Source: an uncultured Candidatus Saccharibacteria bacterium (GTDB lineage: Bacteria; Patescibacteriota; Minisyncoccia; Ryanbacterales; GWA2-47-10b). Taken from it: DNA of 64,000 nt. The number at the start of each line of letters is the position of its first letter. The stretch's first letter is position 1. A program made the position numbers and the translations under genes. Where the stretch lies: positions 1,836 to 65,835 of the forward strand of contig CAZZGX010000027.1 of NCBI GenBank assembly GCA_964653715.1, in the 5' to 3' direction. Below, in pieces: positions 49,685-58,977 of the stretch. The notes under the pieces were generated by a model that saw only the letters and a list, made by a program, of their open reading frames with translations, was not told the DNA's origin and did no database searches.

Positions 49685-50107
49685 TTAATTGCTTTGTTCA
49701 CTCCAAGATACAATGGATATGACATTATACAGAGCCCCCGACAAAATGACGGCCGCTTGGATTTTTTTGTTGTAGCTCCCGCTTGTTCCCGTAACAGTAA
49801 TGACACGCCCTATGCCAAATGCTGATACTACTTCTATTATACAAGACCCATCGGGAGCTGTGAAACTCATTGGGCCCAGAGTTATCCCATAGAGTGGATC
49901 GATACGGATATGACGATACGTCTCTTCCATACATCCATGCGCAACACCAAGTGCCTTTGCCCCGCCCGCAGCCGATAATCCCATATCGAGCTCTCCGAGC
50001 CCAATGAGTGCCGTGCTGTAAACTTCAAGAAATGTTATTGCCCCTATAAGAATAACGGTAAAAAGCGCCGCGATACCTTTTTGATTTTTATTTTTTAAAG
50101 ATTGCAT
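49685..50107 (-). CDS. PilX-N-like minor pilus protein (no GFxxxE cleavage motif)
   Basis: N-terminus MQSLKNKNQKGIAALFTVILIGAITFL resembles the PilX N-terminal helix. Start moved to ATG 50107 to remove a 125-nt overlap. Confidence 0.5.
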   Translation of the reverse strand: MQSLKNKNQKGIAALFTVILIGAITFLEVYSTALIGLGELDMGLSAAGGAKALGVAHGCMEETYRHIRIDPLYGITLGPMSFTAPDGSCIIEVVSAFGIGRVITVTGTSGSYNKKIQAAVILSGALYNVISIVSWSEQSN

Positions 50108-50108
50108 A

Positions 50109-50618
50109 TTATTGGCGCAGACTGACGGCAGTCTCGAGCGTTTGCGAATACTGATAAATATTGTTTGCGGATGGGTTTTTATACTCAAATGTGGCGACGA
50201 CACGGAGATTGTCTCGTTCTCCCAATTCTGCAAGATTTTTGTAGGAAAGCGCTGTCACGATAACTTCTTTTCCAAGAATTGGTACGGGACTCCCCGCCAA
50301 TTGCGTCATATAGAACATCCCTCCCGCAACGCTGAATGTAATATCTGGATCAGCCCCGGGCATATCGAGCAATAATGGAAAAATCACGCCGTCGAGAGCG
50401 TTCCCTTTCGTAGGACTTGTGATGAGGCGCGCACCTCGGACTTTTTGAGTCAAAATATCAAACGCTAGGCGCGCGTTTGACTCAACTTCTTCTATCGCGT
50501 GCGCTTTAGCGCGATTTGCGGAAATAGAAATCCCAAACATTACAAATCCCGTTACGATAAGGCCGATGACGGCCACGTAGATAAGAGTTTCTATAAATGT
50601 AAATCCTTTTTTCTTCAT
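50109..50618 (-). CDS. Prepilin-type pseudopilin (minor pilin)
   Basis: MKKKGFTFIETLIYVAVIGLIV from ATG 50618. Confidence 0.8.
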   Translation of the reverse strand: MKKKGFTFIETLIYVAVIGLIVTGFVMFGISISANRAKAHAIEEVESNARLAFDILTQKVRGARLITSPTKGNALDGVIFPLLLDMPGADPDITFSVAGGMFYMTQLAGSPVPILGKEVIVTALSYKNLAELGERDNLRVVATFEYKNPSANNIYQYSQTLETAVSLRQ

Positions 50619-50619
50619 C

Positions 50620-53600
50620 CTATTTATAATTAACTCTAACTTCCTTGAGTACCGGCGAGCTCGCGCCGTCTCCACTTAAAAATACTTTGTACTCGACCCA
50701 TCGATTGCCATTGAGCGCGGTCGGCACCAAAGAAGCATTTCTAGCGGTAAAATATGTTCCGGCCCCGCCGGCCCCGTACCACGGTGTCCAAACGCCCGGC
50801 AAACCTGATACATCGGGTGCCGTCCGCAATTGAAATTGAACTGAACACGCGGGAACACATACGGGGATTGATTCATCCCACTCAATAATCTGGACTGGCG
50901 AGGGATCGGACATATTAAAATTTGAAGATGTGAGGAAGCCGCTCCCCACATAGGCGCTTCGCCGCAAAATAACTCCCTGCGCGCCGACAATCCACCCCAC
51001 ACTTTGATTGACCATTTTGACCGCGTTGAGCACGGTGGATACAGGCGACGAGTATACCTGCCACGTTGAGCCGTCCCAATGAAGAATGGTCCCGCCAGCG
51101 CCGACAATCCATCCGTCAGTTGCGGATACCATGTACACGCTATTGAGTGTCGCCGATGTTGGGGATAGAACCGATTGCCACGCGCAGATTGGGGCACAAA
51201 TATAGCGATAAATTCTTCCATTCCCGCCGACAATCCATCCGTCAGTTGCGGATACCATGTACACGCTGTTCCACGCTTGCGTGGAAATCGTTTGAGATGA
51301 CCACGAAGAACCATTCCAATGGAGCACTACCCCGTTATTCCCTACGGCCCAACCGTCACTCGCAGAAATCATGTATATGCTATTGAGTCCCGAACTAGTC
51401 GGAGATGAAACCGCTTGCCACGCGCCACCCGTTTGCCACCCGCCTCCAGTAAAATGCCGGATATTGCCTCCCAAACCCACAACCCACGCATTATCAGGAG
51501 CAAGCGCAAAGAGCGATCGCCACGCGGCAGAACCCTGCTGCAAACTTACGGCGGTAGTACCGTCCCAATGAAAAATTTTTCCCCCGCTTGCCGCAATCCA
51601 GCCATCATTTGCGGAAACCATGGAAATACTATTGAGATCGTTGGTGCTGATATTTGTGGCAAGCGTCCATCCAAAACCATCAAAATGCAGAATGTCTCCG
51701 TTGTTCGTAACGGCCCAAATATTATCCTGCGTGACAATGGAAAGATCGTTGATCGATTGTGTTGTTACAGGATTATATAGAATTGTAATATCCTGAAACT
51801 GTGGTGACACGCTGCCAACGGTGCCACGAGTAAAAGTGACACGGTACTGAAAATATCGGCGAGCGGGCGAACTAATGCTTGAGTTTATATTGTTCGTTTG
51901 TTCAGCTGAAAACGATGACCAGCTTGCATCGGGCGCGGGCGTATTGCCGGTTCTTGTAGAAACTGTCATGGTAGTGCCCACTGGTACCGCTTGAGACCAA
52001 TACATGAGAGCCCAGGTTGTGAGAGGATTGCCGCCATCGAAAATTCTGGAAAAGAGTGTTCCCACGCTCACGTATGATATATCGTAATACGCGATACGCC
52101 CAGAACTTCCAAGAGTCCAGCCGTGCGTTGCATCTTGCATTGTGACTGCATTCCAGCTCATGCCCCCTAAATCAGTAACCTCGGACCACGCGCTTCCCGA
52201 ATAGCGATAGAGTTTTCCGGTTGATCCCGCAATCCAGCCGCTGCTCGGTGATAGCATAAAAACATCATTTAAATTGGTACTCCCCGCAAAACTGCTTACC
52301 GTTTGCCACAAAGTTCCATTATAATGCCGGGCAATGCCATTGTTACCTACAACCCAGCCATCGCTCGCGGAAATCATAAATACCGAATTCCACGCTTCAT
52401 TGCCGGTATCAATTGATTTACTGCCGGTCCAATTGAGCTCATCCCAATGAAGAATTTTACCCGCGAGCCCTACCGCCCACCCATCACTAGATGAAACCAT
52501 ATAGATACTTTTCAAATCTTTGGTTCCAGCGGGCACTGCGTATGCGCCTGACCATGCCGTTCCGTTCCAACGTTTGATTGAGCCATTAGCGCCTACAATC
52601 CAAACATTATCTGCGGCAAGAACAAATACATCATTCCATGTCACGCTATCGCCGGTGCTCAAGAGCGTCCAAGTTGAACCATTCCATCTGTAAGTTCTCC
52701 CACCCGATCCAACCGCCCAACCATCGGTAGTTGTCCGCATATCAATCCCGCGGAGATTTACTGTGGCGCCTAAATTTGCGCTGACTGCCCAATTTGTTCC
52801 ATTGTACCGAAGCACCTGACCGGCATCGGTTACCGCCCAGACATCGCTGGGTCCAATCGCGTCCACATCGGTAATATTTTGAGTAGTCGCAACCGCGCTC
52901 GCCGCGTGCTCTGCCCACTGTTGCGCCTGTGCAAGCGCTACGCTTGCTCCAGCTCCCGTGCCATTTACCGCGGTACCGGACAAAGATCCCGCGTTAAAAT
53001 CAGAATCAGTAGTGTCGAAAAAACTATTTGCGTATGCAGGAACCCAGACACCGTTTGGCAACGCGCGAAGCGTAATTTGTCCTGGGGTTGTAGAGTTGTC
53101 AATATTCCCGTCGTCGCTGTTGTATTGTGTTGCGTTCGACCAGTTTGTCTGCCCCGCGCCTCCCGACCAATCAGTCTGGGTCCATTCACGAGAATCCCAA
53201 TTTGTAAGATACTCATTACGGTCAACATAACTAGAATTTCCCCACGACACGCGCACGCGGACATATTTTGAATGAATATCTTTGTAATTACCGCCAGTAG
53301 GGGGACAAGAAGCGATATTCCCAGCAGGATCGCGACATACCTCATCAAATTGGATGGTCCGCGTATATTTGCCGTTGATCAACTGCGATAACCCGGAAGT
53401 GAGCACCCAGCGATTGCCAACTTCCGAGACAACGGCCGGGCTCGGCACAATCTCATTCCACGCACCATCGCGTACCGAACGAACCGCCTCCATCCCCTCC
53501 TCGGCAAAATGGAACGCTTCTGTTTCTTCGCCTCCTTTGAGAAGTGCTGAAAAATTGCCCGCAGCTAGTGAGGCGATCGAAACCGAGAGAAGCAGGAAAA

Positions 53601-53661
53601 TCGCCATAGCGATAAGAATCTCCATGAGCGATTGGCCTTTTTTATAATCAAGCCGCTTCAT
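50620..53661 (-). CDS. Giant (1013 aa) pseudopilin with about 14 Ycf48/BNR-like beta-propeller blade repeats
   Basis: N-terminus MKRLDYKKGQSLMEILIAMAIFLL (G-x4-E prepilin motif), followed by about 14 repeats of the form (S/T)xxDGW(A/I)VG..G.I..W.G..W. Confidence 0.8.
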   Translation of the reverse strand: MKRLDYKKGQSLMEILIAMAIFLLLSVSIASLAAGNFSALLKGGEETEAFHFAEEGMEAVRSVRDGAWNEIVPSPAVVSEVGNRWVLTSGLSQLINGKYTRTIQFDEVCRDPAGNIASCPPTGGNYKDIHSKYVRVRVSWGNSSYVDRNEYLTNWDSREWTQTDWSGGAGQTNWSNATQYNSDDGNIDNSTTPGQITLRALPNGVWVPAYANSFFDTTDSDFNAGSLSGTAVNGTGAGASVALAQAQQWAEHAASAVATTQNITDVDAIGPSDVWAVTDAGQVLRYNGTNWAVSANLGATVNLRGIDMRTTTDGWAVGSGGRTYRWNGSTWTLLSTGDSVTWNDVFVLAADNVWIVGANGSIKRWNGTAWSGAYAVPAGTKDLKSIYMVSSSDGWAVGLAGKILHWDELNWTGSKSIDTGNEAWNSVFMISASDGWVVGNNGIARHYNGTLWQTVSSFAGSTNLNDVFMLSPSSGWIAGSTGKLYRYSGSAWSEVTDLGGMSWNAVTMQDATHGWTLGSSGRIAYYDISYVSVGTLFSRIFDGGNPLTTWALMYWSQAVPVGTTMTVSTRTGNTPAPDASWSSFSAEQTNNINSSISSPARRYFQYRVTFTRGTVGSVSPQFQDITILYNPVTTQSINDLSIVTQDNIWAVTNNGDILHFDGFGWTLATNISTNDLNSISMVSANDGWIAASGGKIFHWDGTTAVSLQQGSAAWRSLFALAPDNAWVVGLGGNIRHFTGGGWQTGGAWQAVSSPTSSGLNSIYMISASDGWAVGNNGVVLHWNGSSWSSQTISTQAWNSVYMVSATDGWIVGGNGRIYRYICAPICAWQSVLSPTSATLNSVYMVSATDGWIVGAGGTILHWDGSTWQVYSSPVSTVLNAVKMVNQSVGWIVGAQGVILRRSAYVGSGFLTSSNFNMSDPSPVQIIEWDESIPVCVPACSVQFQLRTAPDVSGLPGVWTPWYGAGGAGTYFTARNASLVPTALNGNRWVEYKVFLSGDGASSPVLKEVRVNYK

Positions 53662-54141
53662 CTATTGAATTTGAACAACCCCAAGAACGTTGACGCTGAC
53701 GGCAAGCGTGCCCCCCGTAGAATGCGCGAGTGTCACAAGACCTGCCGCCTGCGGCACGCCGAGACCCTTTGAAAAATAAACATCGCCCAGAGAAAAATTT
53801 GAACTTTGGGTTAGGGCCGAAGGCAAAACGGTTATCTGATCAATACTTGGGTCACGATTGGCAAAAGCAGGACTCGCGCTTGGCGATCCCCACAACGTAA
53901 AACGATTTGTATCAAAATGGACGCCGTATGTCATTCCTCCCGCGCGCGCGGCCGAACGCTCGCGCGCCTGTCTAAGAGTTGCCGCCAACTGATCGGCATA
54001 TTCGTCGAGTTGGGCGCCCCGATAAACATTGCTATAAAGTGGGGTCGCTAAAACCGCGAGTAAAAGGGTGATCGCGAGAACAATAACAAACTCAAAAGCG
54101 GTAAACCCTTTTTTAGCGCTGGATATTGCCCGTAAGCTCAT
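53662..54141 (-). CDS. Prepilin-type pseudopilin (minor pilin)
   Basis: MSLRAISSAKKGFTAFEFVIVLAITLLLA from ATG 54141, overlapping the pilC 3' end by 29 nt. Confidence 0.7.
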   Translation of the reverse strand: MSLRAISSAKKGFTAFEFVIVLAITLLLAVLATPLYSNVYRGAQLDEYADQLAATLRQARERSAARAGGMTYGVHFDTNRFTLWGSPSASPAFANRDPSIDQITVLPSALTQSSNFSLGDVYFSKGLGVPQAAGLVTLAHSTGGTLAVSVNVLGVVQIQ

Positions 54142-55198
54142 AGATGGGCGTAATGATGGCGAGCGCGAATATGACAACTATAATACCTATAATAAGCAAA
54201 AGCATGGGTTCTATAATAGTAGAAAGTGATTTTGCGGTCGTATCGACTCCTTCCTCATAAAAATTAGCAAGATATAAAAGTGTCTCCTCAAAGCGCCCGG
54301 ACTCTTCCCCAACCTGCACCATGCGCGTAACTATTTTAGGAAAAAGTTTTTTGTGCGACTCGAGACTTTCGGCAAGTTTTCCTCCTTTACTGATGTGTAC
54401 CGACACGTCTTCAAGGGCGCGGCGATAATAAAAATTGCCGGTGCTTGAAGCGGTAATATCGAGCGCCTCATCGATATTGATTCCACTTTTAAGCAGCGTC
54501 CCCAGTGTTCTTGAAAAACGCGCGAGATTCGCGCCCATCACAAGGCGCTTGATAAGAGGCGTGTGCAAAAAAATCCAATGGGTCACGGGCTTTATAAAAT
54601 TTTGACGGATAAGCCATACAAAGAAAAAAATAAAAAATACGAGACCAAGAAGCAGCCAAACGCCATCATTTTGAATAAGGTGCGCGAACCAAATAAGAGC
54701 GCGCGTGCTCATTGGTAAGTCTATCTTAAGTCCCTCAAAAAGAGGTATGATCTTTGGAAGCACAACAAAGGACATAAAAATACCGAGGATAAATGTGGCA
54801 ACAAGAATGAACCCGGGATACACCAAGGCGCCTGTCACTTTTGCCGTAAGCTCTTTTTCCTTTTCAAGCTCTTGGGCAACGCTCTCAAGATTTTCGGCGA
54901 GCTGCCCCGAGGCCTCCCCTGCACGCACCGATTCCGTAAAAAGGCCCGAAAATACTCGAGGATAATCTGAAAATGACGAGGAAAGGGAACGCCCCGTCTC
55001 AACCGCTTTGAGGACTCCTCCGAGCGTCGGCTTCAGTCTGCCTTCAGCCGCGTCTGCCGCGATTGAAAGCGCCTCAATGATTGTAAGACCAGACCGCAAC
55101 ATCACTGCCAAGTGCTTGGCAAGCAATGCTCGTTGGGTAAGGCTTACCCCACCAAAAGAAATAGAACGATTTAATTTTTTTACGCTACTTGTTTTCAT
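54113..55198 (-). CDS. pilC: Type IV pilus platform protein PilC (GspF family)
   Basis: Two T2SSF repeats and three TM helices. 361 aa. Confidence 0.85.
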   Translation of the reverse strand: MKTSSVKKLNRSISFGGVSLTQRALLAKHLAVMLRSGLTIIEALSIAADAAEGRLKPTLGGVLKAVETGRSLSSSFSDYPRVFSGLFTESVRAGEASGQLAENLESVAQELEKEKELTAKVTGALVYPGFILVATFILGIFMSFVVLPKIIPLFEGLKIDLPMSTRALIWFAHLIQNDGVWLLLGLVFFIFFFVWLIRQNFIKPVTHWIFLHTPLIKRLVMGANLARFSRTLGTLLKSGINIDEALDITASSTGNFYYRRALEDVSVHISKGGKLAESLESHKKLFPKIVTRMVQVGEESGRFEETLLYLANFYEEGVDTTAKSLSTIIEPMLLLIIGIIVVIFALAIITPIYELTGNIQR

Positions 55199-55581
55199 TT
55201 TTTTCGCTTTGCCAAATGCGTCCGAACCAGCTCCGGCAATTTATTTATTGAAAAATCGGTTTTAACAAGATAGTCGGCGGCACCCAGTTCAAGCCCTGTT
55301 TTGATGTCCGACTCTTGCCCGAGATTAGTGAGAATAATAACCGGAATATGTTTTGTTTCTTTATTAAGCTTAATCTCACTTAAAATATCAAAACCGTTTT
55401 TTTGCGGCAAAATAATATCAAGGAGCACCAAATCCGGTTTCTCCTGCACTACCTTCCCAAGCCCTTCCTCACCTGAAATCGCCATACTGACTTCAAATCC
55501 TTCGCGCTTGAGCTTATCGCTATAGAGCTTTAGAAGAAACTTGTCGTCCTCGATAATAAGAATGTTTTTTTTGTCGTCCAT
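55195..55581 (-). CDS. Single-domain response regulator (CheY-like receiver)
   Basis: ILIIEDDKFLLKLY...LVLLDIILPQKNG has the phospho-acceptor Asp context. 128 aa with no output domain. Confidence 0.85.
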   Translation of the reverse strand: MDDKKNILIIEDDKFLLKLYSDKLKREGFEVSMAISGEEGLGKVVQEKPDLVLLDIILPQKNGFDILSEIKLNKETKHIPVIILTNLGQESDIKTGLELGAADYLVKTDFSINKLPELVRTHLAKRKK

Positions 55582-55584
55582 TGT

Positions 55585-56304
55585 TTAACGCAAGGGTAAT
55601 GTGAAATAAAAAGTGGTTCCTTTCTCTGGCACACTCTCAAACCATATAGTGCCGCCGCTTGCCATAATGATCGCCTTCGAAATGAAAAGCCCGAGCCCCG
55701 AGCCTTCGGCGGCGAGCGCTACCACGCGCGGACTCCGATAAAATTTACTGAATATTTTCTTGCGGTCTGTGGTCGTGATGCCAACACCGCTATCGGCACA
55801 GGCAAAAAGGACCTCTTTTGTATTTTTTGTAACGGCAACCTTAATATTTCCCTTTCCTTTATTATAGCGTATTGCGTTGTAAATAATATTGGTCACGACT
55901 TCTTGGATTTTAGTTGCATCTATCGAAATAAGAGCCACGGGGGAAGGCACATCCAGCGAAATAGTGGTGTTTTTGGCGCTGGCAAACGCGGTAAGATCTT
56001 TAATCACAGTTCGTACGATCTCAACAAAATCAGAAGGACTTTTTTCAAGCGTCATGCGGCTCTCGTCAATCCGAGAAGCATCAAGCAAATTTTTGACAAG
56101 CTGAATCATCTTATCCGTGCCTCCATAGGCTAGGCGCAAATATTCTTCCTGTTCGGGAGAAAGTTTTCCCAAATCGCCGGAAAGAAGCACCTCTATCGAA
56201 GACTTTATGCCCGCGAGCGGAGTTTTCAATTGATGCGCGATAACCGACGTAACTTCGGTAATTCTTTTTTCGCTTTTAAGTGAAAGTGTTTTTTTTGATC
56301 TCAT
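55585..56304 (-). CDS. Sensor-less histidine kinase (DHp + HATPase_c only)
   Basis: H-box IAHQLKTPLAGI and N/G1/G2 boxes (NAIRYN, DSGVGI, GSGLGL). No TM or sensor domain. 239 aa. Confidence 0.85.
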   Translation of the reverse strand: MRSKKTLSLKSEKRITEVTSVIAHQLKTPLAGIKSSIEVLLSGDLGKLSPEQEEYLRLAYGGTDKMIQLVKNLLDASRIDESRMTLEKSPSDFVEIVRTVIKDLTAFASAKNTTISLDVPSPVALISIDATKIQEVVTNIIYNAIRYNKGKGNIKVAVTKNTKEVLFACADSGVGITTTDRKKIFSKFYRSPRVVALAAEGSGLGLFISKAIIMASGGTIWFESVPEKGTTFYFTLPLR

Positions 56305-56306
56305 TG

Positions 56307-58094
56307 TTATTCTTTAGTGGCGCGGATAACTTCTTCAAGCGTGGTAATGCCTACAATAACTTTCTGAATCCCGTCCTCGAGCATCGTGGTCATGCCGCTA
56401 CTCTCTGCCACTTTCATAATTTCGATAGAGGCCGCCCGTTTGGTAATTAAATCTTTAATTTCATCGTTCATCAAAAGCACTTCAAAAATTCCAACCCGCC
56501 CGAGGTATCCCGTGCTAGAGCAAACAGGACATCCCCCGCCCTTGTAAAAACGAATTTTCGCAAACGACGATTTATTCTTTATCTTTAAAAGCTTTTTTAA
56601 GTGCGGGTCCTCTTCGATCATTGCCTTTTCCTCCGGAAGAAGTTTATACGAGACGCGGCACTTCTCACAAATGCGGCGCACGAGTCGCTGGGCGATGATA
56701 CAATTGACGGTTGAGGCCACAAGAAATGGCTCGACCTTCATATCCAAAAGGCGCGGCAGAGTGGTCGCCGCGTCATTTGCGTGGAGCGTTGAGAGGACGA
56801 GGTGGCCGGTCATGGCTGAGTTTACGGCGATATCAGCGGTTTCCTCATCGCGGATCTCGCCGACCATAATCATGTCCGGGTCCTGCCGGACGATCGCGCG
56901 AAGTCCTTTTGCGAACGTCAGATTGGTTCTTGAGTTTACCTGAATTTGGCTGACTCCTTCAATTTCATATTCAACAGGATCCTCAATGGTTGAGATATGA
57001 ACGTCGCGGGTGTTTAAAATTTTGAGCATGCCGTAGACCGTCGTCGTCTTCCCGGATCCCGTAGGGCCTGTTACAAGAATCATCCCGTGCGGATTGTCGA
57101 TCGAGCGGCGGACTTTTTTAAAATCAGCCTCACCCAACCCCAAATCCGTAAGGCCAAATTGCCGGCTCCGAGCCGAGAGGATACGCATGACGACATTTTC
57201 GCCTTCGGTCACCGGCACAATGGAAATACGAACGTCCACTTTTTCATCATCGGCCTCAAAAGCAAGCTTACCATCCTGTGCCGCGCGGTGCTCGTCAGTA
57301 CGCATTTTCGATAATATTTTTATGCGCGTCAAAATCAAATCCATGAGCGCTTTGGGCACGTCAAGAACATCGTGCATAACGCCGTCAACTCGAAAGCGAA
57401 CCATTACCTTGCCGGGGTGCGGCTCCACATGAATATCGGATGCCTTTGAATCATATCCGTAGTGGAGCAGCATATCGACAACCTCAACGATAGTCTCGTC
57501 GCGCTCCTCTTTTGAAAGAAGAGTGTCGTTGAGCTTGCCAAGAATTTTTTTAAATTCATCGTGAATATTGGCTTTGTAGCGCGCGAGTACATCATCAAAA
57601 CTCCGGCGTGTCATGTAAAACGGCATGACTTTAGCGCCGAGCCGTTTTTCAAGAAGATGCGTTGCCTCAAAATCATCGGGATCGCGCATGCCTACCTTGA
57701 CGCCCGCACCCCTGCGCGAGAAGGCAACCACACCGCGCGCGCGCGCAACTGCTTCGGGAATTTCGTGAAGTAGCGCCTCATCAATTTTTTCTTCCTTAAG
57801 ATCGACGAAGGAAACTCCCAGCTCCTCTGCTATGATCTTACCTAGCTGGTCGTCATTGATAAGGTCCTTATCAATCAAAAGCTCGTCGAGTGCTTTCCCC
57901 TGCTCACCTGCTTCTTTTTTGGCAAGCTCAAAATCCGCCTCCGAGACAAGACCGGGCTTTACCAGCAACTCCTTTATTTTTTCATCGGTAAGGTCCACAG
58001 CTAAATTTAATTGTATTATAACTGAAAGCGGTAGATGGAGACAGTGCTTTGTTTTAAAGTATATATTGGTGGTCTTTGGAGGGATCAATGACAA
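56307..58094 (-). CDS. pilB: Type IV pilus assembly ATPase PilB (GspE family)
   Basis: N-terminal GSPII_E_N domain, Walker A GPTGSGKTTT, and a tetra-Cys motif (CEKC...CPVC). 595 aa. The N-terminus overlaps the divergent XRE gene; the true start may be the downstream GTG at 57998. Confidence 0.9.
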   Translation of the reverse strand: MSLIPPKTTNIYFKTKHCLHLPLSVIIQLNLAVDLTDEKIKELLVKPGLVSEADFELAKKEAGEQGKALDELLIDKDLINDDQLGKIIAEELGVSFVDLKEEKIDEALLHEIPEAVARARGVVAFSRRGAGVKVGMRDPDDFEATHLLEKRLGAKVMPFYMTRRSFDDVLARYKANIHDEFKKILGKLNDTLLSKEERDETIVEVVDMLLHYGYDSKASDIHVEPHPGKVMVRFRVDGVMHDVLDVPKALMDLILTRIKILSKMRTDEHRAAQDGKLAFEADDEKVDVRISIVPVTEGENVVMRILSARSRQFGLTDLGLGEADFKKVRRSIDNPHGMILVTGPTGSGKTTTVYGMLKILNTRDVHISTIEDPVEYEIEGVSQIQVNSRTNLTFAKGLRAIVRQDPDMIMVGEIRDEETADIAVNSAMTGHLVLSTLHANDAATTLPRLLDMKVEPFLVASTVNCIIAQRLVRRICEKCRVSYKLLPEEKAMIEEDPHLKKLLKIKNKSSFAKIRFYKGGGCPVCSSTGYLGRVGIFEVLLMNDEIKDLITKRAASIEIMKVAESSGMTTMLEDGIQKVIVGITTLEEVIRATKE

Positions 58095-58342
58095 AGGACG
58101 GTATTAATCAGAAGTTCGTGGCACGACGGATTCGAGAAGCGATAGATATGCATGCCGAAGGCGATATCCAGCTATTTGCGCATTACGTCGGGCTCTCTGC
58201 TTCAGCAATGTACAACTATATCCATACCGAAAGAACCCCTTCAACCAGAGCGCTTTGGAAAATATCTAGATTCACGAACTTGCCAATGGAATGGTTTCTC
58301 ACAGAACCCAAACGGCAAATCACGAACCTTTCAGACAATTAA
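58076..58342 (+). CDS. XRE-family helix-turn-helix transcriptional regulator
   Basis: Cro/C1-type HTH (FAHYVGLSASAMYNYIHTERTPSTRALWKISRFTNLPMEWF). 88 aa. Confidence 0.65.
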   Translation: MEGSMTKDGINQKFVARRIREAIDMHAEGDIQLFAHYVGLSASAMYNYIHTERTPSTRALWKISRFTNLPMEWFLTEPKRQITNLSDN

Positions 58343-58346
58343 AAAA

Positions 58347-58371
58347 ACCGCCCACGGGCGGTCTTTTTTTT
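58347..58371 (+). terminator. Intrinsic terminator (A7-ACCGCCC-ACG-GGCGGT-T9)
   Basis: GC hairpin plus U-run 5 nt after the XRE stop. Confidence 0.8.
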
Positions 58372-58387
58372 ATTAAACACGTCTGCA

Positions 58388-58417
58388 TTGACAAAAGAAC
58401 AGTTTTAGTGTAAGAAT
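58388..58417 (+). promoter_or_regulatory. Consensus-like sigma70 promoter TTGACA-17 nt-TAAGAAT
   Basis: Perfect -35 hexamer, 17-nt spacer and a good -10. About 20 nt downstream lie AAGGAGG and an ATG at 58448. Confidence 0.6.
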
Positions 58418-58447
58418 AAGTTAGACAAATTTGCCAAGGAGGTTTCA

Positions 58448-58909
58448 ATGCGGCGAATCAGGCGATTCTTTCAAAAAATAACTCTCATCGAACTCATCGC
58501 GATTTGTGCAGTGGGAGGTATTACAGGCAAAATGTACCTTCTCGTGCGAGAGCGACAAGATCTGCGAATGCAGATCGGTGTCGTACTGCTCGAGCATAAG
58601 CTCGTGTATCGTTACGAAGAGCGCGGGTTTGGCACTCTTGCGCGTCTTTGCAAAAGTACACCGCGCAAATGGCGCGAGTTTTACTTTACCTGCAAAGCAA
58701 CGAAAAGACCAAGTGCGCCAGCCTCGCTTGTAACCACGATATACCGCAATCGATTCGCGGCCAATCATAAATACGCCGCTTTCAAGCGGCGCTGGCAATC
58801 ATCTGAATGGATCCCCATTCGGCGCTCACCCGGACTTGTCTCGCGACAAGTCCGTTTTTTTATTTATCCGGAAATTCTTTTTAAAATTGTTCTTTCAATA
58901 AAAAAATGA
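58448..58909 (+). CDS. Hypothetical highly basic small protein, OR an untranslated about 440-nt RNA (ORF runs through its own terminator)
   Basis: The best promoter and SD in the window sit upstream. The 153-aa ORF (MRRIRRFFQKITLIELIAICAVGG...) continues about 50 nt past an intrinsic terminator at 58831-58862. Confidence 0.3.
   Translation: MRRIRRFFQKITLIELIAICAVGGITGKMYLLVRERQDLRMQIGVVLLEHKLVYRYEERGFGTLARLCKSTPRKWREFYFTCKATKRPSAPASLVTTIYRNRFAANHKYAAFKRRWQSSEWIPIRRSPGLVSRQVRFFIYPEILFKIVLSIKK
58831..58862 (+). terminator. Intrinsic terminator (CGGACTTGTC-TCGC-GACAAGTCCG + T8)
   Basis: Perfect 10-bp stem plus U-run. It lies inside the 58448 ORF. Confidence 0.75.
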
Positions 58910-58938
58910 GGGTGTCCGGCACCTAGCAGGACACCCTC
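58901..58938 (-). terminator. Intrinsic terminator for minus-strand gene 58978..59580 (GAGGGTGTCC-N11-GGACACCCTC, T7 on minus)
   Basis: 10-bp stem preceded by A7 on plus. Convergent with the plus-strand terminator 40 nt away. Confidence 0.7.
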
Positions 58939-58977
58939 TTAGTCGCAGACACCTGATCAACTTGCTTTAGCCATCGC

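Noticed and set aside
58445-58798. Minus-strand 117-aa ORF antisense to the promoter/SD-driven plus-strand ORF
   Set aside because: Its C-terminus is encoded by the reverse complement of the plus-strand SD and promoter. It has no SD or promoter of its own.
58908-58920. 7-nt match (GAGGGTG) between a hairpin at 58908 and the 3' end of tRNA-Ser as possible att repeat
   Set aside because: The match is too short to distinguish from chance, and no longer direct repeat of the tRNA 3' end was found.
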